Positions 26,109-33,748 of a stretch of DNA of 64,000 nucleotides are shown here, one piece after another. Position 1 is the stretch's first letter, and every line of letters begins with the position of its first letter. The notes under the pieces are model-generated. The model was not told where the DNA came from, did no database searches, and saw only the letters and a program-made list of their open reading frames with translations. The translations under genes and the position numbers were made by a program. This DNA is from a virus: the IMG/VR virus record IMGVR_UViG_3300025137_004926. One strand, given 5' to 3'.

Positions 26109-27004
26109 TGAAATCAATTTATATAATTGCATATCACGGACATCGTGCTAATGCAGAGACTAGACAGAAAAGAAGTGATAATCATAACAAACAAATAGAT
26201 TGGTGGTTAAATTATGATAAAGAAATTGAAATTAGAATACTCGCTATGGACTTTGATGAAGTTGAGTATTGGGATAATGATAGGGTTCATTATATCGACA
26301 GGCTTGATGGTCCTACTCCTCCTGCAAGTGCAAGAAATATATTATTCAATCACTTCTATGACACCAAAGATGAGTGGGCTATTTTTGCAGATAGTGATGC
26401 AATTCTTAATCTTCACCCTAATTTCCCTCACACTCATATCAACATTTGCGATATCTTTCGTAAAAGTCCGGGAAAGTTTAAGGACATTACGTTATTCGCA
26501 CCGCACAACGACCAAAGACCGGGCGATGGGGCATTCTATGACAAGTTTAATGGAGTAGATAAAGAATATAAGGATGTAGACTGGAATACAGATTTTGTAT
26601 TCGATAGAAAACTTACTCATATGAAAGGTACACTTTTCTTTCTTAGAAACAATAAAGAAAGATTAATGATGGACGAATACTTTAATGTTCATCCATTGGG
26701 CACGAAGCCTATACTAGGTGGAGAAGATGATGAATTTATTGTGTCATGTGTAATGGCAAATAAAGGAACATATATGTTACGAAACATTATGTTAAAAGAA
26801 ATGACTGCTGGTTCAACTTGGAGCGATACAGAAACACGCAAAGACGATGAAAACATGCGTGATGATTATATTGCAAAAAAATATAATTTACCAAGTGACA
26901 AGAGTAAATGGACACAGATAATCAAAAAAGAAAGAACAGGTTATCCAAAGCAGTTACGTATTAACCCTAACCAGACAGATGCTTTTGGCAGTCTGTTTGA
27001 CTAA
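26108..27004 (+). CDS. GT-A fold glycosyltransferase-like protein
   Basis: ARN, FADSD and GGED motifs. Confidence 0.6.
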   Translation: MKSIYIIAYHGHRANAETRQKRSDNHNKQIDWWLNYDKEIEIRILAMDFDEVEYWDNDRVHYIDRLDGPTPPASARNILFNHFYDTKDEWAIFADSDAILNLHPNFPHTHINICDIFRKSPGKFKDITLFAPHNDQRPGDGAFYDKFNGVDKEYKDVDWNTDFVFDRKLTHMKGTLFFLRNNKERLMMDEYFNVHPLGTKPILGGEDDEFIVSCVMANKGTYMLRNIMLKEMTAGSTWSDTETRKDDENMRDDYIAKKYNLPSDKSKWTQIIKKERTGYPKQLRINPNQTDAFGSLFD

Positions 27005-27015
27005 AGAGATAGCTA

Positions 27016-27504
27016 GTGAAAATAGTAAAAGATAAAATCAATGATTATTTTAGATGGGTTAAAGGAACAGAATTAGTTGAGTTAGACGATATAGATGTAT
27101 CCGAAGATCCAGTCAGACCAGAGTTAACCTTAGGCTGGCGAATTACAAATGGACGTAAAATTTACGGACTGCAATATGAAAACAATGTAGAAGCAATTAT
27201 TTGTATTGCATACACAAGTGATATCCCAACAAGTGTAAGAGAATTAGATATGATGAGTGAACTTGCACATTTAAAAAAGGATAGAAAAGTAGCTATTGCT
27301 TATACAGTATGGTCAAGAAAAAGAGGTGCTGGTAAAGAAATAGTTAATAAAGTAATTGAATTTGCAAAGAAACAAGGAATAACTAGAGTTGTTACTTTGT
27401 CTCCACTTACACCAATGGCTACACATTTTCATATTAGTAATGGTGCTAAACAAATTAGCATTAATGATGATACTCAAAATTTTGAATACACCTCAAAAAC
27501 TTGA
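27016..27504 (+). CDS. GNAT-fold protein resembling the malonyl-CoA decarboxylase catalytic domain
   Basis: AIAYTVWS...GAG..IV..V......TRVVTLSP motif. Confidence 0.55.
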   Translation: MKIVKDKINDYFRWVKGTELVELDDIDVSEDPVRPELTLGWRITNGRKIYGLQYENNVEAIICIAYTSDIPTSVRELDMMSELAHLKKDRKVAIAYTVWSRKRGAGKEIVNKVIEFAKKQGITRVVTLSPLTPMATHFHISNGAKQISINDDTQNFEYTSKT

Positions 27505-27528
27505 CAAACTAGCGAATCGTGTTATAGT
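27501..27528 (+). promoter_or_regulatory. Early promoter with a GANTC site in the spacer
   Basis: TTGACA-aactagcGAATCgtgt-TATAGT. Confidence 0.75.
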
Positions 27529-27557
27529 ATAAACATACTCAGAGAAAAGGACTTAGT

Positions 27558-28163
27558 ATGTCAGATTTGGAAACAATTAAAGTTCCTCATACATTCTGTA
27601 TTTTTGCAAATGATACTCGTAAAATGTATCATATTTGGCAAACTTCACAAGAAAATTATAAGCAGAACGTAACAGTTACAAATGCTTTTTCAAAAGCCGC
27701 ATATGCTCTTTCAGGAAAAGATTCTGCACAAGCAGGTTCTACTACAACTTTCTTACGAATTCTTAGCAGTACTAACAAAAACGAATGGGCTGTTTCTTAT
27801 GAAGAATTAGGTGATGTTGATAAAGAAGATTTGCAATCTGAATATCAGTTATTTTCTGAAATCTATGAATCAGAAGGATATACTTGTATCACACGTGACC
27901 CAAAAGTACGTATGCAGACAGGACGTTATGCAGGTAAAAAGTGGACTGTACGTAAACTAGAAAACATGCGTTATGTACAAGTAAAAGAATGTGTCACAAA
28001 AATGCTTGAAGATTGTTTAATAGATGAAATTGACTACAATTCTGTATCAAATCAGATTTCAACACATGCTCTAAAGTTAGGTTCAGAAATTGAGAATATT
28101 AGCCAACTTTGGAACTATGTTTTTCACAATTACTCCGAATTCGGAGACAACGTAGCACAATAA
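27558..28163 (+). CDS. Hypothetical early protein
   Basis: 201 aa ORF with an AAGGA RBS. Confidence 0.75.
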   Translation: MSDLETIKVPHTFCIFANDTRKMYHIWQTSQENYKQNVTVTNAFSKAAYALSGKDSAQAGSTTTFLRILSSTNKNEWAVSYEELGDVDKEDLQSEYQLFSEIYESEGYTCITRDPKVRMQTGRYAGKKWTVRKLENMRYVQVKECVTKMLEDCLIDEIDYNSVSNQISTHALKLGSEIENISQLWNYVFHNYSEFGDNVAQ

Positions 28164-28215
28164 TCTACGTACTTAACACTGCACATATCCTAGTAAATAT
28201 CAATGAGAGAAAAAT

Positions 28216-28647
28216 ATGTACTATTCTATAAAAGGCGGGTTGAAAAAAGAGAAAGAATTGGTAATAAAGGCCTTATGGTTTGCCAAAGATTTTCTTCTAC
28301 CTAGACATAAACACATAGAAATAGATATAGAACTAAGAAAGAACATCAAATGTGATGCAGACGTAGTAAGCGGTGATGAATACCGTGAATATATCATGCG
28401 AGTAAGACGTGGTCTTAATGAAGACGATATATTAACTAGTGTTTTCCACGAATTTGTTCATATTAAGCAAGATGTACGAAAAGAACACCCATTATTTGAG
28501 TGTTCAGATACTCCATACTTAGAACGCCCGTGGGAAGTAGAAGCATTTGACCTGCAAGAAATCATGCTCACTGCTTATCGTAAAGAAGAAAAGCAGGTTG
28601 CGGCTAAAAAATTCAAAAAAATATCAGCGAAAAACTTGACAAAATAG
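28216..28647 (+). CDS. Zinc metallopeptidase-like protein
   Basis: HEFVH (HExxH) and PWEVEA motifs. Confidence 0.75.
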   Translation: MYYSIKGGLKKEKELVIKALWFAKDFLLPRHKHIEIDIELRKNIKCDADVVSGDEYREYIMRVRRGLNEDDILTSVFHEFVHIKQDVRKEHPLFECSDTPYLERPWEVEAFDLQEIMLTAYRKEEKQVAAKKFKKISAKNLTK

Positions 28648-28663
28648 CATTCCATGTTATTAT
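28636..28663 (+). promoter_or_regulatory. Sigma70-type early promoter
   Basis: TTGACA...TGT-TATTAT, followed by TAATCAGGAG. Confidence 0.65.
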
Positions 28664-28687
28664 ATATACATAATCAGGAGAAAATGT

Positions 28688-29815
28688 ATGCAAAATATCA
28701 CAAGTTTAGCAAGTTTATATAAAAGAGATACAAAAGGCAAATTAAGAATTTGGACTGTAGAATACGGTTTTGATTCTGATGATGTTGCTGGTACAAGAAC
28801 TATTGCCGGATTAATTGATGGACAAAAAGTTACAAGTGAATGGAATATATCCATTGCTAAGAATGTTGGTAAAGTGAATGGTACAACTTCCAAAACACAA
28901 TCTATTTCAGAAGCACAATCTAGTTGGGACCAAAAAGTAGATAAAGAATATTTTGAGAACATAGATGATGTTGATAGTTATGAACTATTCAAACCTATGT
29001 TAGCTAATGACTTTACAAAGAAGCCAGTCACTAGCGGTTACACACAACCGAAACTAGATGGTATTAGATGTTTAGTTGATAAGCATGGTATGAATTCAAG
29101 AAGTGGAAAACCAATTAATAGTTGTCCACATATTATGAAAACTTTACAAACTGTGATTGATAATAATCCTAGTGTTGTTTTAGATGGCGAACTTTATAAT
29201 CATAATCTTAAAGCAGACTTTCAAAAGATTGTTTCTCTAGTTAGAAAAGTAAAGTGTAGACCAGAAGAAATTGCCGAGAGTGCAGAATTAGTTGAGTATC
29301 ATGTTTATGATATGTTTGATAAAAATAATCCAGATATGACATTTACTGAAAGAAGTAAATGGTTAGAAGATAATGTTGGAAAGTTTGCTAATCCATTAAT
29401 GGTTGTTTTAGTTGAAACTGCGAAAACAGATACTACTGCCGAAATTGATAAAATGTATGGCGAATACACAGAGGCAGGGTATGAAGGTCAAATGGTAAGA
29501 CAAGATACTCCTTATGAATGTAAGAGAAGTAAAAATCTTTTAAAGAGAAAAGAATTCATTACAGAAGAATTTAAAGTAGTAAGTGTCGAAGAAGGAAATG
29601 GTAACTGGTCAGGTTATGCAAAAAGATTTAATCTTCAACTTTCTAATGGTACAAAATTTAGTTCAGGTGTTAGAGGCTCACAAGATAAATTAAAAGAACT
29701 TCTAAATGCTGAAACTCCTACTTGGGCAACTTGTAGATATTTTGAATTATCGAATGATGGAGTTCCAAGATTTCCAGTTGTTATCGATTATGGATACGGC
29801 GAAAGGGATGACTAA
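28688..29815 (+). CDS. ATP-dependent DNA ligase
   Basis: PMLA, QPKLDGIRC, DGELY, YEGQMVR, LLKRK and PRFP motifs. Confidence 0.93.
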   Translation: MQNITSLASLYKRDTKGKLRIWTVEYGFDSDDVAGTRTIAGLIDGQKVTSEWNISIAKNVGKVNGTTSKTQSISEAQSSWDQKVDKEYFENIDDVDSYELFKPMLANDFTKKPVTSGYTQPKLDGIRCLVDKHGMNSRSGKPINSCPHIMKTLQTVIDNNPSVVLDGELYNHNLKADFQKIVSLVRKVKCRPEEIAESAELVEYHVYDMFDKNNPDMTFTERSKWLEDNVGKFANPLMVVLVETAKTDTTAEIDKMYGEYTEAGYEGQMVRQDTPYECKRSKNLLKRKEFITEEFKVVSVEEGNGNWSGYAKRFNLQLSNGTKFSSGVRGSQDKLKELLNAETPTWATCRYFELSNDGVPRFPVVIDYGYGERDD

Positions 29816-30671
29816 TATAGATTTAACATCTACTGGTCTTAAATCATATAGCGACACAAAGTACTTTGACGATAATGAAAAGGTAGTAGTGGAGCATATG
29901 AGAAATGATGATTCACTGTCTGACTCATTTAGTATAAACCAACTTGGATATTCATTAGACAGATTTTTAAACTTTGGTTATACTAAAAACTCTTACGGTT
30001 TTAGAGATTACAAAAGCAGAGAATATGTATTAGAAAATTCTGAAAATGAAATATGGTGTTTTGGGTGTAGTTGGACTGAAGGCTATGGTGTACCTGCTGA
30101 GTATTCTTGGCCTTCTCGTATTGAAGAAAAGACAGGCGCTATTGTAAAGAACTTTGGTGTATCTAATTCTGGTCCCTTTACTGCACACAGAATAATGAAA
30201 TCATGGTTAGAGAATGTAAAACATAAACCTAATAAAATATATATGTTAGGTTGGTGGCCTGGGCGATTTGAATACAAATTCAAAGACACATACATTATGA
30301 TTAATGTTAGGCTTCTATCTAGCGACATGCTTTCTAAAACTCATGGAGTAACTAAAAAAGATTTAAGACAAATACAAGATATATTTCTATCACTTAATAA
30401 TTATAATGAAATTAATAATAGTATAAAAGAATTATGCAATTATCACAATATAGAAGTGAAACACGTATCCAATATCATAGATAAAAACTTCTCAAATGAT
30501 TGGGATAGTAAAATGTTAATGGATTTAAAGATAAAGCAATCTAACTTTAAAGACTATTCGCATCTGAAAGATTGGGGCAGGGATGTGGACAACATTAATG
30601 ATAACAATCCTAAGTGTCACCCTGGAATAAAATATCACAATATTATCGCAGAAACGTTCTTAAAAACTTGA
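29808..30671 (+). CDS. SGNH/GDSL hydrolase-like protein
   Basis: FGCSWTEG, NFGVSNSG and D...HPG motifs. Confidence 0.65.
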   Translation: MTNIDLTSTGLKSYSDTKYFDDNEKVVVEHMRNDDSLSDSFSINQLGYSLDRFLNFGYTKNSYGFRDYKSREYVLENSENEIWCFGCSWTEGYGVPAEYSWPSRIEEKTGAIVKNFGVSNSGPFTAHRIMKSWLENVKHKPNKIYMLGWWPGRFEYKFKDTYIMINVRLLSSDMLSKTHGVTKKDLRQIQDIFLSLNNYNEINNSIKELCNYHNIEVKHVSNIIDKNFSNDWDSKMLMDLKIKQSNFKDYSHLKDWGRDVDNINDNNPKCHPGIKYHNIIAETFLKT

Positions 30672-30695
30672 CAAATTAGCGAATCGTGTTATATT
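30668..30695 (+). promoter_or_regulatory. Early promoter with a GANTC site in the spacer
   Basis: TTGACA-aattagcGAATCgtgt-TATATT. Confidence 0.75.
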
Positions 30696-30724
30696 AATTA
30701 TATAATCAAGAGAGAGAGAGTTAA

Positions 30725-30886
30725 ATGATAGAGCAATATGAAAACGAAATTAAAAAGTTGGAAAAATATCTAACTACTTTTTATGGTAACACTTCATCAG
30801 TAAAAATGAAGAAGTATGCGATTGAAAAAAAGATACAAACATACAAAGATATTGTTAACGAAATGAAGTTAATACTTGCTATATAA
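30725..30886 (+). CDS. Small early protein (53 aa)
   Basis: Translated by hand; lies between two early promoters. Confidence 0.6.
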   Translation: MIEQYENEIKKLEKYLTTFYGNTSSVKMKKYAIEKKIQTYKDIVNEMKLILAI

Positions 30887-30889
30887 AAC

Positions 30890-30917
30890 TTGACAATATC
30901 ACGAATCGTGCTATATT
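30890..30917 (+). promoter_or_regulatory. Early promoter with a GANTC site in the spacer
   Basis: TTGACA-atatcacGAATCgtgc-TATATT. Confidence 0.75.
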
Positions 30918-30947
30918 AATTAAGTAATCAAGAGAAAGAGAATCACT

Positions 30948-31271
30948 ATGACAAATCAAGATATCTATTCAAACCTTAACGAAATTCGCATGGTATTCGA
31001 TTGTGAATCAAACAAAGCAATGAGTATACCTGACGGTGAATATGAATTGCGTACTGATATGGCTGATTATCGTTTGAACACTGACGATTTCTTTATGATG
31101 CAATGGGCATCAGGCCACAAGGTTAAAGTGGTTAATGGAGAATGGGATATTCCTTCTGTTCTTAAGGCTTCACAACATCTTATGGATGCTTGTGGGTATT
31201 GGGGTGTCTACGTTGAACAACTAGATTACAATGCAGAAAATGATTTTATTGAGTTGACAGTAGGCTCATAA
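30948..31271 (+). CDS. Hypothetical early protein
   Basis: 107 aa ORF after a promoter. Confidence 0.7.
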   Translation: MTNQDIYSNLNEIRMVFDCESNKAMSIPDGEYELRTDMADYRLNTDDFFMMQWASGHKVKVVNGEWDIPSVLKASQHLMDACGYWGVYVEQLDYNAENDFIELTVGS

Positions 31272-31273
31272 TC

Positions 31274-31552
31274 ATGTATACTGTATTTCACAGTAATCAT
31301 AAATCTGAAAATCTTAAAGCAGAGATTGATATGGACATGTGTCCAAATATAATCGAAGCAGGTGGTTCATCTGGATACTGTTTTGGAGATTTAGAAACGA
31401 TTGGTTATGCAGTTAGAGAAAAAGAAAGTGCCGGTGGTATGTGCATGAATGTACGTTGGAAGTATACCGGACCAAATTGTATTAATACGCATCACTATGG
31501 TATAATGAATACAGGTGACGCAACTGAGTGGATTGAAAAGGATTACTCATGA
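31274..31552 (+). CDS. Hypothetical protein
   Basis: 92 aa ORF. Confidence 0.65.
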   Translation: MYTVFHSNHKSENLKAEIDMDMCPNIIEAGGSSGYCFGDLETIGYAVREKESAGGMCMNVRWKYTGPNCINTHHYGIMNTGDATEWIEKDYS

Positions 31553-31722
31553 TAGACCTATTGAATGACATTGAAAGTTTAGAGAATGCACTTATTCTTA
31601 TCACAGAAGGTGCAAGTGATGAAAAACGTAGTGGCTATGCAATCATTGAACGAATGATTGAAGATAAGAAAATGGTCGTTGAACAGTTTGAGCGTGACAT
31701 GGCACCTAACTATAATGCTTAA
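31549..31722 (+). CDS. Small hypothetical protein (57 aa)
   Basis: AAGGA RBS; ATGA overlap; translated by hand. Confidence 0.6.
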   Translation: MIDLLNDIESLENALILITEGASDEKRSGYAIIERMIEDKKMVVEQFERDMAPNYNA

Positions 31723-32008
31723 ATCTCGTTTAAAATTTAGTGACCTAACATTTAAATCAGATAGTTCTGGTCTCATAATGCGTACTCGTATTAACTTTGG
31801 TTCTAAATATGCATTAAGTGTCATTAAAGAATCTCATAAACCACTTTATGAAATTGGTGCAATGGTGAACAATGAATTAACTGAACTACCAGGTATTACA
31901 GAACAAGATAATACAGTTCGACAAGGATTGACACCTGACGATATAGACTTCATCATTATGAAGATGCATACGATTTCAACTGAACAACCAATGGAGGAAG
32001 ATGTTTAA
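31715..32008 (+). CDS. Hypothetical protein
   Basis: F...Y.LSV....LYEI pattern; start at ATG 31715. Confidence 0.65.
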   Translation: MLKSRLKFSDLTFKSDSSGLIMRTRINFGSKYALSVIKESHKPLYEIGAMVNNELTELPGITEQDNTVRQGLTPDDIDFIIMKMHTISTEQPMEEDV

Positions 32009-32013
32009 GTCTA

Positions 32014-32100
32014 GCCTCCTTGGTGGAATAGGTAGACACAAGAGACTTAAAATCTCTCGCCTTTAAAAGCGTCCCGGTTCGAGTCCGGGAGGAGGCACCA
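32014..32100 (+). tRNA. tRNA-Leu(TAA)
   Basis: GCCTCCT/AGGAGGC acceptor stem, AGAGA-cttaaaa-TCTCT anticodon arm, long variable arm, encoded CCA. Confidence 0.95.
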
Positions 32101-32108
32101 ATCATCAC

Positions 32109-32183
32109 GCACCCTTCGTCTATCGGTTAGGACGCCAGGTTTTCAACCTGGAAAGACGAGTTCGATTCTCGTAGGGTGTACCA
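32109..32183 (+). tRNA. tRNA-Glu(TTC)
   Basis: CCAGG-ttttcaa-CCTGG anticodon arm, GTTCGATT T-loop, CCA. Confidence 0.93.
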
Positions 32184-32191
32184 TTTAAAAT

Positions 32192-32269
32192 CTCCACTTA
32201 GCTCAGTTGGATTAGAGCAAGTGCCTTCTAAGCACTAGGTCAGAGGTTCGAGTCCTCTAGTGGAGGCCA
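32192..32269 (+). tRNA. tRNA-Arg(TCT)
   Basis: AGTGC-cttctaa-GCACT anticodon arm, TAGCTCAG D-arm, CCA. Confidence 0.95.
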
Positions 32270-32295
32270 ACATTATATATCAAGAAAGAAAAAAA

Positions 32296-32457
32296 ATGGG
32301 AAAACATTTAAAAACACGAATGGATTATGATATGATTAATGAGTTTGCAAAAGAGATTGTAAAACTTGATAGTATTGAAAATCCTGTACTTACAAAGTAT
32401 CTTGCTATGCAAAACTTTGAAGGTGCTGAATTGCGTAAGGAATTAAAAAATGAGTGA
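32296..32457 (+). CDS. Small hypothetical protein
   Basis: Start at ATG 32296; the upstream part of the ORF overlaps the tRNA. Confidence 0.55.
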   Translation: MGKHLKTRMDYDMINEFAKEIVKLDSIENPVLTKYLAMQNFEGAELRKELKNE

Positions 32458-32605
32458 AAATTATTGTACAACTAAAGGACTTGGTTGGGCAGTTTTAATT
32501 ATTATTATCGGTATGGTAGGTATGCCCATTCTTGGATCAGCGATTGCTTACCCAGATAATTGCAAACAATCTATTCTTATTCCTTGTTTAGGATTATCAA
32601 AATGA
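32450..32605 (+). CDS. Small membrane protein (51 aa, MSENYCTTKGLGWAVLIIII...)
   Basis: AAGGA RBS, one TM segment, three Cys; translated by hand. Confidence 0.6.
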   Translation: MSENYCTTKGLGWAVLIIIIGMVGMPILGSAIAYPDNCKQSILIPCLGLSK

Positions 32606-32808
32606 CACCAAGAGAAGAAGCTGAAATTGAAGCACAGAAAACTTATGTTGGATTCTTAAAAGCAAGTAAGTATACATTTTATGGTGCTCTTGTTTTTTTA
32701 CTTGCAGTAGCATCATGTAACTTTGGTGTTGAAGATGGTCCTAAGAAAACAGGATCAGGATATAACGGTGAACAATATAATCCAAGTAATATTCAGTTAG
32801 AGAAGTGA
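32602..32808 (+). CDS. Small membrane protein resembling aa3-type cytochrome c oxidase subunit IV
   Basis: EAQKTYVGFLKASKY followed by a TM segment; ATGA overlap. Confidence 0.45.
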   Translation: MTPREEAEIEAQKTYVGFLKASKYTFYGALVFLLAVASCNFGVEDGPKKTGSGYNGEQYNPSNIQLEK

Positions 32809-32817
32809 TACTAAAAT

Positions 32818-32895
32818 CGGGGTGTAGCTTAGTCTGGCTAAAGCGCCTGGTTTGGGACCAGGAGAGCATAGGTTCGAATCCTATCACCCCGACCA
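32818..32895 (+). tRNA. tRNA-Pro(TGG)
   Basis: CGGGGTG/CACCCCG acceptor stem, CCTGG-tttggga-CCAGG anticodon arm, CCA. Confidence 0.95.
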
Positions 32896-32899
32896 ATAA

Positions 32900-33409
32900 T
32901 TAGTTTGCTAGTGGATTGTCTAACGCTCTTTGTAAACGTTTATTCAATCTGCCTTCAAGTTCTTTAAGTTTTAAATCAGTACTAGTCCTTAAGCTATCTG
33001 CTTTTTGTTCATAGTCTGTAAGTAACTGGTCACGTTTATTTTCAAAACGTTGGTCAGCTAAATCAATCTGTTCACGTACATTGTCCTCTACTTTGTTAAC
33101 ATCATCTTCCACTGAATCTACAATACGTTCTAATCTAACGATATCATCACGTAATCCGTTTTTAATATCTTTTGTATATTCTAACGTTTCATCTAGTTTT
33201 GTGTTAACTACTGCTAGTTCGGATCTGATTCCGCTTAGGTCTGGTGCTTGATAACTTTCAATCTTAGCTTTCATATTTCTATAATCATTATAAAATTCGA
33301 AGCCTCCCCATGCGGCGCCACCAAGTGTACTCAGAATTGTTATAATCAAAAATAACTTTCCACCAGTGAATTTAACTCCACCAACTTCTACTGTTGTTTT
33401 TTCACTCAT
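32900..33409 (-). CDS. Membrane-anchored coiled-coil protein
   Basis: N-terminal TM segment, long heptad region, AGGAG RBS. Confidence 0.8.
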   Translation of the reverse strand: MSEKTTVEVGGVKFTGGKLFLIITILSTLGGAAWGGFEFYNDYRNMKAKIESYQAPDLSGIRSELAVVNTKLDETLEYTKDIKNGLRDDIVRLERIVDSVEDDVNKVEDNVREQIDLADQRFENKRDQLLTDYEQKADSLRTSTDLKLKELEGRLNKRLQRALDNPLAN

Positions 33410-33418
33410 AAGTTGCTC

Positions 33419-33748
33419 CTATTTTAATTCAAACTGTATGCCAAAAACGACACCAGTTCTTTCTTCATCTTCAATCGTTGGCATAACGAAAAAGTTTTTA
33501 TATCTTAATCTAGCCATTGGTACAACATCATAGTCATATCCAGTGGCAACGCCAATATCTAATGACAGGTCTTTATTAAGACTATATTTATACGCCCCAA
33601 TAAGACTCCATCGGTCTAAACTATTATAGTAAGTTCCTACAATAGTCTTTTCGGTTTCACACATTGCATATGGGTGAAGATTGTTATATTTCCCTTCTAA
33701 TCCCACATGTGCTGAAAGTGCCAAACCCAATACTAAACAATTTAACAT
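33419..33748 (-). CDS. Putative small outer-membrane beta-barrel protein (PagP-like pattern)
   Basis: Signal-like N-terminus, YNNLHP, GTYYNS, GVATGY, alternating strands, C-terminal GIQFELK. Confidence 0.5.
   Translation of the reverse strand: MLNCLVLGLALSAHVGLEGKYNNLHPYAMCETEKTIVGTYYNSLDRWSLIGAYKYSLNKDLSLDIGVATGYDYDVVPMARLRYKNFFVMPTIEDEERTGVVFGIQFELK

Noticed and set aside
32450-32605. KGLGWA similarity to the PufX KGAGWA motif
   Set aside because: Only a six-residue match; the rest of the sequence and its length do not fit.
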